Shown here piece after piece: positions 48,311-61,348 of a stretch of 64,000 bases of DNA. Every line of letters starts with the position of its first letter. Positions within the stretch are counted from its first letter, which is position 1. Location: the NCBI GenBank assembly GCA_010015585.1, contig ML975162.1. The stretch is one strand, 5' to 3'. Origin of the DNA: Eremomyces bilateralis CBS 781.70. Taxonomy: Eukaryota. The translations under genes and the position numbers were made by a program. Under the pieces are notes generated by a model that did not search any database, was not told the origin of the DNA, and saw only the letters and a list, made by a program, of their open reading frames with translations.

Positions 48311-51300
48311 CTACATCGGCATCGTATCTATTCTCGCCTTGGATCCTTGCGGCTCATTGGATCGCTTCCTTGAGCGCCCTTGTTTCCCCCCATCGGAATT
48401 TCTGTACCCCTTGCTCGTCTTCTTTCCCTTCCAGTTGCTCTTGCCTTTTGAACCCCTGCCCTTGGAAACGATTCGGGGTCGCGAGGTCACGCTGGATACT
48501 TTCCGTCCCTGCCCACGCGCGGCTCCTCCACCCCCGGTGAACTCGGCCTGCTTCTTTGGAAGCGGGCGAGATGGGCCGGCGGTTTCGGTGTGGAAGAAAC
48601 GAGAAAGCGACGGCTCGACGGAATCGTTCGTCTCTGTGACGCTGGCTTCGTCATCGGTGTTTACGGGACGCAGATCGTCCAAGTCCATGTCTCCCCACTC
48701 TCCGGGGTCATAAGGATCATCGTGATCGTGAGGGTCATGAGAGTCATGAGAGTCATCCAGATCATCGGAGACGAGATCTATCACGTGCCGATGGTTCGGA
48801 TCGAAGACCTCGTCATCCTCCCCAGCGGTATGCGGATCGCTCATGGCCTCTTCGTAGCTCCGTTTCGCGCGAGTAATCAAGGCCAGGAACCGCTCTCCAA
48901 ACCGCTCGACCATTCGTGGTTCAATTCCGGGAATGCGAAGAAGGTCGTCCTGGGATCGGGGGAATCGGATCGCCATGTGTCGAAGCACGGTGTCCGAGAA
49001 CGGAACCACACGCAAGTCTTTCTCGATCACCAGATTCCTACAGAGTTTTCCTGCCTCCTCAACGAACTCGTCCGCGTATAGGCGGTGGATGTCGTTGAGC
49101 CGGCCCATCTGGTCGTCTGCGGTGATCGGATCGCCCAAGCGAGGTTCGACTGCATACTCTTGTCTTCCGGCCACACGGATGGGCTCGAAACCGTCCGAAT
49201 CTTGGTCCTCTTCGGTATCTTCATCGCCCACCACGAAAGAGTTCCGCGCGTAACCGTTGGGATGGAAGCTCATGTCGTCATCGGAGTCCTCCCTCTCCGC
49301 CGCTTTTGGTGCCTTGCGCTTTGGCTTCGGCCGAACGGGGGAAGAAACGTTGGTTGATGCTGGCACACCCCGTACTCCGGTAGCAAGGGACTTTGGTGCT
49401 GTGGCTTCGGACCCCTTGGGCATTGTCGAGACTTCAACGTCGAGAAGAACGCGTTGGTTGCCGCTGACGATATCGTGATACTTGGGGCCAGGCTGTGATA
49501 CCGTAAGCACATGCACATATGTTAGAACGAATCTGTACGTACCTCTATGTACTGCAGCACAATTTTGCCCTTGCGAGGGATCTTGACCGTCTTTTGCTTG
49601 TCCTCAATGGCATCCATAATGCGAAGTCTCTGTACAAGCCGCTCTCCCACAGTTCGAACCAAGTCTTTACCCGCACCGAAGCCCTGGATCTGATCCCATC
49701 CGTTTGACTTGACCTTGGGGGTCGCTTTGCCTTGAAACACATCTAGACATTGCACCAATGTCAGGTTGTCTTCAGCGCCTCGACTGACTATCATCAACGC
49801 AGCTTTCGCATACTCAGTCAAGTCTCGCGATTCTCGCTTTGTTTTTCTTCGGCAATTGTCGCAAGACCTATTGCAGAGCTCTGCATGGAAAACCTCATCG
49901 AAATACCGCAACACATCGACGCGACGGCAGTCTATGATGTTTTCACAGTACTGTACCACTGCACGTAGTTTTTCAAGCTGAAGCTGCTTCTGTTCATAAG
50001 ACCCAGAATCGCCGTCCTTGATCATCATTGCTAAAGTCGGCGCATCTTGATAACCGTAATAGAGATAGCAGCCTGACTTGCGATTGTCTCGTCCAGCGCG
50101 ACCCGTCTCCTGGTAATAGCCTTCAAGACTCTTGGGAATGGAGTGATGGATGACAAATCGTACATCTGGTTTGTCTATGCCCATACCGAAGGCAATGGTC
50201 GCGACGATGACCTTGTACCGGCCCGATTGCCACGCCATTTGGACCCGTCTTCGGTCGGAACTGTCCATACCGGCATGGTAATGAGTCGCTGCGATGTTAT
50301 ACGGCCGCGATGCCAGGCTTTTCGCAAGGGATTCGCAATTCTTCCGGGACAGGCAGTACACTATCCCGCATTTGCCGGGGTATGTGACACAGATGAGTTC
50401 AGCAATGCTCTCCAGCGCTGCTGGGAGGGATGTCTTCTTCCGCACCTCGTACGACAGATTCGGCCGGTTGAAGCTCTGTCTGAACGTCTCGCAACTTTCC
50501 ATTGACAAATGGATCTTTACGTCCGCCTCAACTTGCTTGGTAGCGGTGGCAGTGAGAGCCATTAATGGGACACCTGGAAAGTTTTCTCGAGTCTGGCCAA
50601 GCGACTTATAGTCCGGCCGAAAGTCATGACCCCATTGACTGACGCAGTGGGCCTCGTCAATGACAATCCGTGCAAGGCACTTCCGACTATGCATCGATTT
50701 CACTGTACTGATGAATCCCTGGTTGAGACTCACCATTTCCGGCGTGACATAAAGAATTTGAATATCCTTCGCCGGGTTCGGGCCTGACAAGGACGCATAG
50801 ATCTGTCTCTTTTCATCTTTCGTTTTGTCGCTCGAGAGGAGATCCGCTTTGATTTTGCGTGCTTTCAGGTGCATGACCTGATCCTCCATTAAACTCAGAA
50901 GGGGCGAGACCACGAGGGTCACTCCTCGGGTAGCGCCGCTGGCGATGATTGCGGGTAATTGATAACACAGAGATTTTCCGCCTCCGGTGGGCATCAAGAC
51001 GAACACATCTTTCCCAGCAAGGGTGGAATTGATTGCTTCCAGTTGATTCGGTCGAAACCCGGTAAGCCCGAATATTTCGAACATCGCATGTTTTACGTCC
51101 TCCGACCACGGATAGTTCATTCCCTGCAGGTCCTGGCGTTTAGAAGAACTCGGGGATTTGACCTTGGCTTTCCCTTTCGAACCTCTGTCGGTAGAAGGCG
51201 GTGGTTCAAGGCGATTCCCAGATGTATCACCAAACACCTCTCGGCCTCCTTGATACTCCCCTTCATTGGGTTGATAGCGACCGTCGTTGTCTAAGTTCGG

Positions 51301-53160
51301 AGCCCCTCCATCGAAAGCATTAAAGTATGACCCATCTCCGTCGTGTCTCATCGGGGGACTTGCCATATTACTTTGGAAGTTCGTGTTCCGGGCTGATGGA
51401 ATGCGTTTTTCTTGTTCGAGTCTTTCGAAATTGAGGTCGTCATCGTCCCAATCCATATCCTCGTCCACTTCGGCTATTGGGGCCGAGTGACGTTGCTCTT
51501 GAGAGCCTCGTATAGCAAGCTCCATTGACTGTCCTCGATATTGGGTCTGGTCCACCCGTTCTGAGAATGACCTCTGAAATGTGGGTACTGGATTCGTAGG
51601 GACTGGGACTGGTGCTTGGGTGGATGCAACCACGACTTTCGATGGGGGAGTATCCGAGATTGGTACCTGGAGTCCTGCTTTTACCTGATCATACAACTCT
51701 GTTACATGGAGTAAATGGAGGATCTCGTTTTTCTGGGCGAGAATCGACGTCGTAACGCATTCATTCTCATCGAGCAATGAGAAGAACATGGACTTCTCTT
51801 GCCCTCGGTCCACAGCTTGCATGATGCTCGCCTTGAGTTCCGCTTTCTTGTGTAGACCCTCCGTAATTTCTTTCCGTAGGCGATTCAGCCTTGCCCACGG
51901 CGCTTTCTTCTGGTTAGCAACGTTCAATCGCTGCCGTAGCACGAGCGGGATTTCCGTGGCGGCTTCATTTCCCTCGAAGTGGCCCATTATTTCTAAACGA
52001 ATAGCGTCTGTATTCGCAGAAGCTGCGGTGATAATCGGATCCAGCTTCTCCTGAGGCCATTTCAAGAACGCCTTGACGACACTACCGTCTATATCAGACA
52101 TCGGGATCCGGTCCTGAGGAACATCGGACTGCGGGAGTGGGTGGGATGACCCTGGCTCTCGAAAGTATTGCGATAGGCTGGGTTGAGCATGCTGAACCTG
52201 GGACCTGATTACAGGACTTGTGGATGGAACCATTGCAGGGTTTGGCTCAGGTTCGCCACGCGATTGAAATCCGTCATCATTCTCCGGTGTTTGTTCCCGC
52301 CGCTTTCGTATCGGGGAGCCGCCCTCTACATCTGGCGTGTGTGGTCGAGGAGAACGACAACGGGCCTGAGTGTGTGGTATCCTCGACGACATATTTGGAA
52401 GGCGAAAGGCTGGTCCATTGCTCTGAAGGCGAGGTTTTTCACCCTGTTGGTTCTGAGGCTCCAAGTCGGACCGAGACCCCGAATAGCCCGAATCCTCCCC
52501 AGCATCGAGGAGGTCTTCAATCGGAGCAAATTTTTCATCAGAGCGCTTCACCAGCACCCTTGTGGAGGCCGGAATGAGATCTTGGGATGTGCGAGCCTTC
52601 TTCACGATCAAATCACTTCCGCTATCGCTCTTTCGCTTGTTTCCCGTTGACGGTCTCTTCGTCTCCGTATCCTTATCCCCAGTAAGATCGATCGACTGGA
52701 TATCGGAAGAAAGGGTCTTGAACGGTGTGTTGTAGTTTGAACCGCCCAAGTCCGGGTATTTGACAGACTGTTCTGGGTTGCGAGGTGTGGGAGAAGGTTG
52801 TGCATGGGGTCTCTCCTCGGAGTGGCCCAGCGTATGTTGGACTAGCAGCTTCGGTTTCGGAGTCAAATTCGGGTCGTATCTCAATCTCGCCATTTCCTGT
52901 CCGGTCTCTTCGACAGCTTGATTCGCTGTTGGTCCGACGGGCTCGAGAATAGCATCCTCACCCTGGTTAACCGGTACCAAATTGGAGAGCGGTGTTCTAG
53001 AAGGCTCAAACGGAGCTCCTGATAAGACGGAAGCGGGTTCTTGGGAGTTGCTCGTCGACCCAGTCGTCGTCTCAGCAAGTGGCAAGTCGAGATGGCGGGG
53101 AGAGTAGGGCTTTGCTCGGAGTAACCAAGAGAGATGTTCTTGAAGGTTATTGCGAGACAT
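48311..53160 (-). CDS. SGS1: RecQ helicase (Sgs1/BLM/MusN/QDE-3 type)
   Basis: Motifs MPTGGGKSLCYQLP, DEAHCVSQWGHDFRPDY, VATIAFGMGIDKPDVR and YYQETGRAGRD; RQC zinc Cys cluster; HRDC domain in exon 2. Intron 49542-49493. Confidence 0.93.
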
Positions 53161-53819
53161 CGACGCAAAGCATATTTAGACGATGTATCCGGGGGGGTTC
53201 CTCATCGTTGGCAATGTCTCTCTGGAGTTAGTTATCGTCATGGATGCCTTGAGAAATGCTCTGACTGTTGTGTAAAACAGCCTGGAGGAACTGAGGTCGC
53301 TCGGCCGTGGCGCGACACGAGGCGCGTCCAGGCGATGGGCCAATCAGCGACTCGGAACAGCTCGGTGTAACAACTAGTCCTATTATGGACTAGCTGATAA
53401 CAGAAATATTGACCCCTGGGTCATGCGATGCATTTGCAAAACAGCAACATAAACCAATAAAGTCCATTAAATTCAGATTTAGTACAACAATACCTGTTTT
53501 ACTAAGTCGATGCTGCTCCCAGTGGCTATTGGCCTCGAAGCTAATTGAAACACTGGGATAGGCATTAATATTAGTAAGCAGTCGTAATCGCCTTTCGCCC
53601 TTGTCGATCGACGATGATCATGGACGAAGTAATTATGCAATATTACGCAGTCTTAAAGTCAATCTGAATAAGGGGGTATTTTTCGTCTTATATACTGGTA
53701 CCAAAACCAGTACTATCAACAAGATATCTTATCACCCACCGCTATGAACAGAGAATGCGTATTCCATGATCTAGATCCTAGATGACCAATTCCCTCCATA
53801 TATCCAATAAACCTACGTA

Positions 53820-55524
53820 TCACTTCTTCCTCACCATATCTTCCACCGCAACATATGCAAACGTCATCGCCGGCCCCAACGTGCTTCCCGCCCCCGCATA
53901 CTCCCTTCCCATCACCGACGCCGAGCTATTCCCCACCGCGTACAGACCCTCAATCACACCCCCATCATCCCTCAACGCCCGCGCCCACTCGTCCGTCAAC
54001 ACCCCTCCCTTCGTCCCCAGATCGCCCGGGTGGATCTTCACCGCGCTGAACGGTCCCTTCTCGATGGTCCCAAGGTTCGGGTTCGGCTTCACAGCCGGAT
54101 CGCCGAAAAACCGATTGTATGCGCTACCACCGCGCTCGTAGTCTTCGTCGACGCCGGCGACCGCCATGGTGTTGAAGTGCTTGACGGTATCGAGGAGGCC
54201 GGCGGCGTCGATGTCGAGTTTCTTCGCGAGGGATTCCAAGGTGTCCGCTTGCGTAACGAACCCGGACTCTAGGGTTTCCTCGGAGAGCTTCCCCGGAGAT
54301 ATTCCGGCGAGGATATAACGTTTCCGGAAGCGCGCGTCCACGATCATGTAGGCAGGGATAGCTGGGGTGGTACGGTTGCGCTCGTACATGTCATGGCAGA
54401 AGGTGGTGTATGATTGCGCTTCGTTGGTGAAGCGCCTCCCCCCTTTATCGACGATGATGGAGTAGGGGAGTGCGCGCTCGTATTGTGTCCAGTTGGACTG
54501 GCCGGTCATCGGGTTGACAATCACGGGGCCCCACCAGGAGTCGTCCATGAGTGCTGTCGCGGCTCCGATATCGATCGCGGCGGTGATGGCGTCGCCCATG
54601 TCGTTGTTGGGAGGCACTACGGTCCAGTCAGCGGTGATGGGGGCTTCTTGGTATTTCTGTCGCATCTTTGCGTTGCGGGCGAAGCCTCCCGCGGCGAGGA
54701 TGACCCCTTTCTTTGCTTTGACGTGGACTAGGGCTCCGTCGTGCTCGACCGTGGCGCCGGTTACCTTGCCATTTTCAACGGTCAGCCTTTTCATGGGGGA
54801 GTCAGTCCAGATCGGTGTGTTTTTCTCCAGGTTTATATGCAAAAGCTGTCCGGCTAGGGTGCCTCCCATAGTTACAATAGCACGACCAAGCAGCTTGGAG
54901 CTTAGTCGCCGCCAACCGAAGATTTTCAGTGCCATCAGCATCCCCTCCAGAGAGCTTAACGCGCGAAACAACGTTTTAGCCTCAAACGTGTGCAAAGGCA
55001 TGGTCGCCATCCTCGGGTTGGAACTCAGCTTCCCCTTCCAGGATCCCAGCTTATTCAAATCGAACCGATCCCCTTCGATACTTCTCCCACCCGCCATCCC
55101 GCCAGGCAAATTTGGATAATAGTCCGGATACCCCGTCGTCGGGACCCAACGAAAACCTTCTCCGGCCAAGAACCCGATCATCTTCGGGCCGTTCTCCAGA
55201 AACGCCAACTTCCGTTCTCGCGTGGACGCCGGCCCGGCATCGCCGATTAACGCCTCCATGTATTTCAGCGCTTCTTCGATGCTATCCTGCACACCTGGAT
55301 GGAGACCTGAGTTCGGGATCCAGAGTCCGCCGCCGGAGTACCCGGTGGTACCGCCGATTCGGGAGGCTTTCTCGACGATGAGCGGGGAGAGTCCATGGTG
55401 CTTCGCGCGGAGAGCAGCGGTCATGGCGGCGCCGCCGGAGCCGATGATGAGGAGGTCGGTCTCGACATTCTTGCCTGCGGGAGGGGTCGCGACGGAGGCG
55501 AAGGGCCTTGGGTGGGATATCTCA
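53820..55524 (-). CDS. 3-ketosteroid delta-1-dehydrogenase (KstD)-like FAD flavoprotein; 5' end unresolved
   Basis: DLLIIGSGGAAMTAAL (FAD fold, upstream of the ATG at 55424), GGTTGYSGGGLWIP, YPDYY, RRFTNEAQSY, GDLGTKGG, GLYAVGN and YAGAGSTLG. Confidence 0.8.
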
Positions 55525-57296
55525 CTGGTTGGAGTGAGCCTTCCATGACCAATGGAACCAACGATAGACCAATGAGTGGTAGATGTCGGTATGTAACTTA
55601 AAGGATTATACCTCCTCCACCTGGTACTATTGAAGAAATGGGAGTACTAAAGGAGATAGACTCGAGAGGACAACATGAAGAAAGCACGAGTATTTAATAC
55701 AGAATCTTGATACATCCGTGCCATAAATAATGATCTTGAACACCTACCCTTTCGCCCCCAACACCCGTACCCTCTTACATGTCGAAGCAGGCCTGATAGT
55801 ATATAGGGTCCTCCCGAATTTATTTGAAGTCGCACAGCCAAGACAAGTGACGCGCCGAATCAATAAAGCCATGGTGACAAGAAAAGAATGTAGAGACTCC
55901 CAATAGCGAAACACAACTGACTCAAAGGAAAGAATAGCAGAACCGAAGGGAAAAGTCTAATCATGATCATCTAGAGACGCCACCACCTCTTAAGGGATTC
56001 CGCCCCTATGAATGAGATGAAGGAGCATACTCGGCAGGAGGAACGGTTGTGCCAGCGCATTGGTGAGGCCGTGAGGGGTACCTATGAAGCTTAGCATCGA
56101 TTTGTGCTCACCTCCCTTACCTTGTTGTTTGTTGGTCCTGGCTGCTATTACACAGATGTCGAATATGCATAAATTCCCGTCGTCTCGGATGCGAGGTTCC
56201 AATGCCGGCCTACCCCCTGTTGGACTGGTGAAGTTCATTAATGTTATTGGTAGTGGAAAGGGTTGGCGATATGGTCAATGCATGAGACACATGTGATGAA
56301 CTGATGACTGATAACAGCTGAACCAGGGTCTGTAACCACGATGCCGAACAGAACAGAACAGACCTGATGACGATGTGCGACAAGCAAAATCACGTGCAGC
56401 AGCACTAAACCAGCCACCTCCAGCCACCTCCTCCTTCCCCGGGCTCTGCTGTCCCGCGCTCTCTCACTGTACTGTTGCCAGGAATCCGGAACACCCAAGA
56501 GACCAACGAGCCAACGGGCAAACAAACGTCACCGTCACCTTCTACGTCAACCGCCCAACCTCTGCGGAGCGATCGTATATCGATCACTTTCAATCGTCTT
56601 ATTTCTTGTTCTCTTCACTCTCCCTCCTCAGCAGGAAGAAGTAATTCCACTCGCTCACTTTACCACTTCCTACTACCTCCCCCCTCGTCATCGCCCTGCC
56701 AACCACTCACCCACCCCACGACGTCTGTGTCCCGCACTTCCGAGCCGCCCACTGACGTGTCGCACCCGGATTTATCATTTTCTTCGAGTCGCAACCCACC
56801 GCATCCCCTCGCGCAACCGCTGGAATTCGCCCACGATATCACTTCCGCCTTGTCGCGTCGTCCTGCACCTAGCAACCTACGCGGCACCGTTCCTGGCACA
56901 AGGAGGGATCGAATTGAACGCAGTGACGTCGAGGTGCATGAGAGGGTGACACGAAGGGAGTCGGGATTGGTTATTTCTAGTGTGAGAGTTGGCGTTGCAC
57001 GACATCCTGTGGCGTTTTCGGCGATTGGGTCGCAGATATATAAGAGTGTCGTGAACCGCGATCTGGGGACGCGATCTTGCGGATGCGGTAATTCGGGGAG
57101 GGAAGAAAGCATCAGAAAAAGATTGTGGGAATATGCGACGACCTTCGACTTTACACGAGCAACCCACTTTCGTTTCGAGACATTGTTGAACATCCAACAG
57201 CCGCAACGAACGCTTTGAACGCGACGAGATAAAGACTCCTCGACATCCCCTTTCCACCCCATCTCAACTTCCAAACGAACCCCCAATCCACCCACC

Positions 57297-57940
57297 ATGG
57301 CGCGCTCCTACGTCTCCACCGTCATCTACCGCGATCCCGGCCAAAAATATATCTGGCCCGCCCACCAGCTCAACTTCTGGAACGTCACCATGCTCGTCGG
57401 CGCCGCCACCATCCTCGGCATCTTCGCCCAGTTCATCGACATCCAGCAGACCTTGGGCCTCCCCATCCCCTGGCTGTTCCCTTACGGCGTCAGCGTCGGC
57501 GCCCTCGCCGTCTTCTTCATCCTCTACGAGATCTGGCTATCGCTGAACCACCGCCTCGTCCCCGGCGTCATGCTGATCGCGAGCTTCGTGTTCGTCGTGC
57601 TGTGGATCACCGGGATCATCGGGACGGCGATTCAGCTGTTTGGTCCGCAGGGGAACGTGTCGGCGAATTGTCAGACGTATGTGAATGCGAGGAAGGCGGG
57701 TGGGGTGAGTTTGAATACCTTGGCTTGGCTACAGCAGCGGAGTATATGTAAGTGCAAGTTTGGTTTCCGCTGGTTTCATGTCGCTATCTCGCGATATTTC
57801 ATGGTCAGAGACTAATTTAGAGGGTTATAGGTTCGTCCTGGTATGCTACCTTCGCCTTTTGGCTCATTGGCACCATCTGGTGGGTCTGGATGATGGTCAT
57901 GGCTGCGCAGGTTAGTAAGGACATCTACACCACTGATTGA
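57297..57940 (+). CDS. Four-TM MARVEL-like membrane protein
   Basis: Four hydrophobic helices. Exon 2 (from 57831) completes ...QRSIC SSWYATFAFWLIGTIWWVWMMVMAAQV...*. Confidence 0.7.
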
Positions 57941-58535
57941 GCGATGCCTTCCAGCACTGGTTTCAACGAGTCTTTCGTTTCTTCGGGATATACAGGTTAC
58001 CTCCATATTTCGTATGGGAAGGGTGGGGAAGAGTTATGTACCGTGCGACGCTCTTCAAATTGAAGGGTTCTGAGAGAACGATACCAGAAGATCGTTCTGT
58101 CCGGCAGTATGGATCAAACATGGTTGGAACCGAATAGCAACGCGCCGATTTGGAGGCAGGGGTACCAGCTGCGGCGTTTAGGAGAAGATGGAATACGCTT
58201 TGTGTACATGATAAGCAATGTGTGGGATACCAGATAGACTCATTCGGACGATACCGGATTGAATGCAAAAATAGTTGATATATCTTCTTGCTCCTGCTGT
58301 CATGGCATATACTGCTCGCAAGATCCGTCGTACGGATAATGTATAAGATGTATGGCAATGAACTCAGCGGGACGGCCATTGGGTCGTGTCGGTCTCTAGT
58401 TGAGGGATCTCAAGGCTTCATCCTATCTCGATTCAGGGTATACATGTGCGGCTTTGCGTCTATCCTAAAGTACAAGTCCTCAACATGGCAAGGTCAGACT
58501 GTCCAAGGACATGTCGTATCGTAGCTGTAATGAAG

Positions 58536-60468
58536 CTATCCACTACTCTTCTCCTTCGACTTCTTCGACTTCTTGACCTTTGCATCTGACTGTTGACTCG
58601 ATGCCATGTCCTCGGCCGCATCGTCTTCGAGCGCCTTTTTCTTCTTTTTCCTTTCCTTCTTATGTCCTTCGTCCTTGGAGCCCGTGTCGTCGCGGCTATC
58701 GGATGAGGGAAGGTGATCGCTCTTCTTTGACTTCTCCTTGTCCTGCTTCTTGGTCTTCTTCTTTTCTGACCCCTTTTCCTCCTCTACGTGACCGGCCTCT
58801 GCTTTGTCCCCTTTCTTGGACTTCTTCTTCTTCTCTGGAGATGGTGCAACTGCCTCATGCTCTTGTTCCGCTTTTCGCTTCTTGGAGACTCCATTGACGG
58901 ACGTGCTCTTACTCGGGCTTGGCGCATCCGGCGCAGGTGGTGCTCTGAACTTCGGAGCAACGTCTCCTCGCTTCTTTGGCGACTTCGATACGAATTCAAT
59001 GTCCTCGTCGCTATCCGACGGACAGATCCGACCCATATCGTCATTTCCAATGCCTGCTGGCCGATACCGCATTTTTAAGCCTGTCCGTTGCTGAATCTTT
59101 GGCTTTACCTTCAGATACTGGTGTTGGACATTAGATGTTTCGGCGTCAGCCGTGGGAGTGGTTTCCTGTCTCGCGGTACCAATAATAGGCTGGAGATGAA
59201 GGGTTCGAGAGATCTTTGCACCAACTATAATCAATCAGCGGGAAGGCTCATGTATACGGGAAAGGTGCCATACCTATTGAGTAGTCACTGTTCTGGGGAA
59301 GAAGCAGTGTGGGGTTCCCCTCTGAATCTCCTTCTGCGAAAGCGTACTTGGTGTTGTCATGCTCGAGAACATCTTTCCCGCTTGCGATATCATCAAGTAG
59401 CAGATCTTTCAACTCTGTCAGGGACACTGACGAAGGGGCCGTGATGTGCCAGAACGTTTTCGTCGAGCTCCGTTCCGAGTCGAACAACTGCTGAAGCTCC
59501 TTTCCGCGACGGCTCGAAATCGAAATCGACTCAAATCCTTCCGGCGGCTTGTACGAAGTAGTGGTGTCGTCCTGCTGTATCACCGGGACATCCGCGGATG
59601 CCTCGGATTCAGCTTCAGATTCTCCTGCCTCGGCTTCGTCGTTCTCTGGAGCGTCTTCCATTTCCTCGTCCTCGTCCGCCGTGTCCTCGTCCTCCGAAGT
59701 TGCAGCAACAGCGCTCTCCTCTTCTTCCGATGAACTTTCTTCTGAAGCAGATTCATCTTCGCCGCTCACAACCTTTTTCGCCTCCATAGCCTCTTCTTCG
59801 TCCCCAGAGCTTGTATCCTCCTCGCTAGTGTCACTGGACTCCTCCTCTGACTTCTCATCTTTAGCCGTCGCGGTCGATTGGTTTCCTTTCTGTGGTTTTG
59901 GGGCTTCCTCTTCCTCGGAACTGGAAGAAGACTCGCTCTCGTCGTCTGAACTGGATGTGTCCGACTCGTCGGAATCGTGACGGGGTAAAGGAACGCCAAT
60001 GTTGGAAGAGGATTTTCGAGGGTCTCGCCCTTTTAGACTTTTGGGTGCATCCTTTGCCTTTGTCTCTTTCGAAAACTGGACCTTCTTCTCGGAAGACTTT
60101 GGTGGTGCGGTGGGCGAAGATGTCGGCCGTTCAGCAGTGGAGGGACGTGTGGGTGTGCTTTTGAGAATGGGCGCTGGCGTAGATGTGGCCTTCACCGACC
60201 GTGCGGTTGCTGCCACAGTCCTTTCCGACTTCTTGTTCTCGAATGCAACCTTCTTAGACTTGGCCTCTTTTGAAGAGCTCTTCTTGGATTTGACGACGGA
60301 TGGCGAGGTTTTCGAGATAGGAACGGTGGTCCCATTGGTCCCATTAGGAGTACTGGTGGCCTGCTTCCTCTTCTTGGTCACCGCAGTTTTCGCCGGGCGA
60401 GCCTCATGTTCGGAGCCGTCGCTAGAGTCTATAAACTCTTCACTGAGATAGGATTTCTTAGACGACAT
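58536..60468 (-). CDS. RPA34: RNA polymerase I subunit A34.5
   Basis: YKPPEGF, FWHITAPSSV and QQRTGLKMRYRPAG; acidic region and Lys-rich tail. Intron 59273-59225. Confidence 0.8.
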
Positions 60469-61348
60469 GGTGCAAAAGGGACCGGCTCAACAATGATTCG
60501 GGATTTTCAAGGTTGCGGTCAGATTCCGGCAGTTATGGATACCTAGTTGGTAAACATTGTTGCAATTGGAGAGTTCTTTAATCTCCAGGTATCCGAAAGC
60601 AATTGTGGAGTCCTGTGGGAGATTTTGCTTCAACTGGACCCTTAAAGTTGAAGCAAACTCATAAAAATTTCGAGATGCGTAAGGGTCACGTGCTAGCGCG
60701 TCACTCGTCGAAGCTTAATTTTACGTGGGTACCAAAATTTCCAAGTACATATAATTCTCTCTCCCTAGTATTTCAAGCAGGAAATGGTTGGGTGAGTGTG
60801 AAATAATGCAGATTCTGCTCCAACCCGACCATCAGGCAATTGGCTCAGTGTTTTGTCCCTTTAACGAGAGCCCTGGATCTCTATTGGCGTTGTGAAGCTT
60901 GTGTTGCAGTCATCTCGAAAGGAGCCAAATTCGGGTTATCATCCTGGATTCCACATCTGGTAATCATCCAAAGTAACAATAACCGTAACGGATCTGATAA
61001 TGGCTACTTATGTTTTGATTTAGCCGGCAGAATCGCCAGTCTAAGCCCAAGCTCCGAAGTCACTACTTGATCAGGTTCACGTTCGTTGTTTGCTTTACTG
61101 CATTCGAGATACGGTCTCGAAGAAGCAGCTCTCATTCTCCTGGTTACGAAATAAGAGTCTCGACATTGATTTACGAGACTGGAAAAGGAAAAACGAACCT
61201 ACCTCTTCCAACGTTCGTTTCTTCTAACGTCAACCATATCGATACCTGTATCTTAGGTTGGTCGTTTTGAACCAAGACGTTCATTTTCATCATTACCCTC
61301 AACGAACTACAGTTTTTGCGAAATCACAGTATCGAAATAGGAGGGATC

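Noticed and set aside
56475..57298. 247-aa (+) and 212-aa (-) ORFs upstream of the MARVEL-like gene
   Set aside because: Low-complexity Ser/Pro-rich translations of a pyrimidine-rich leader, with no domain evidence
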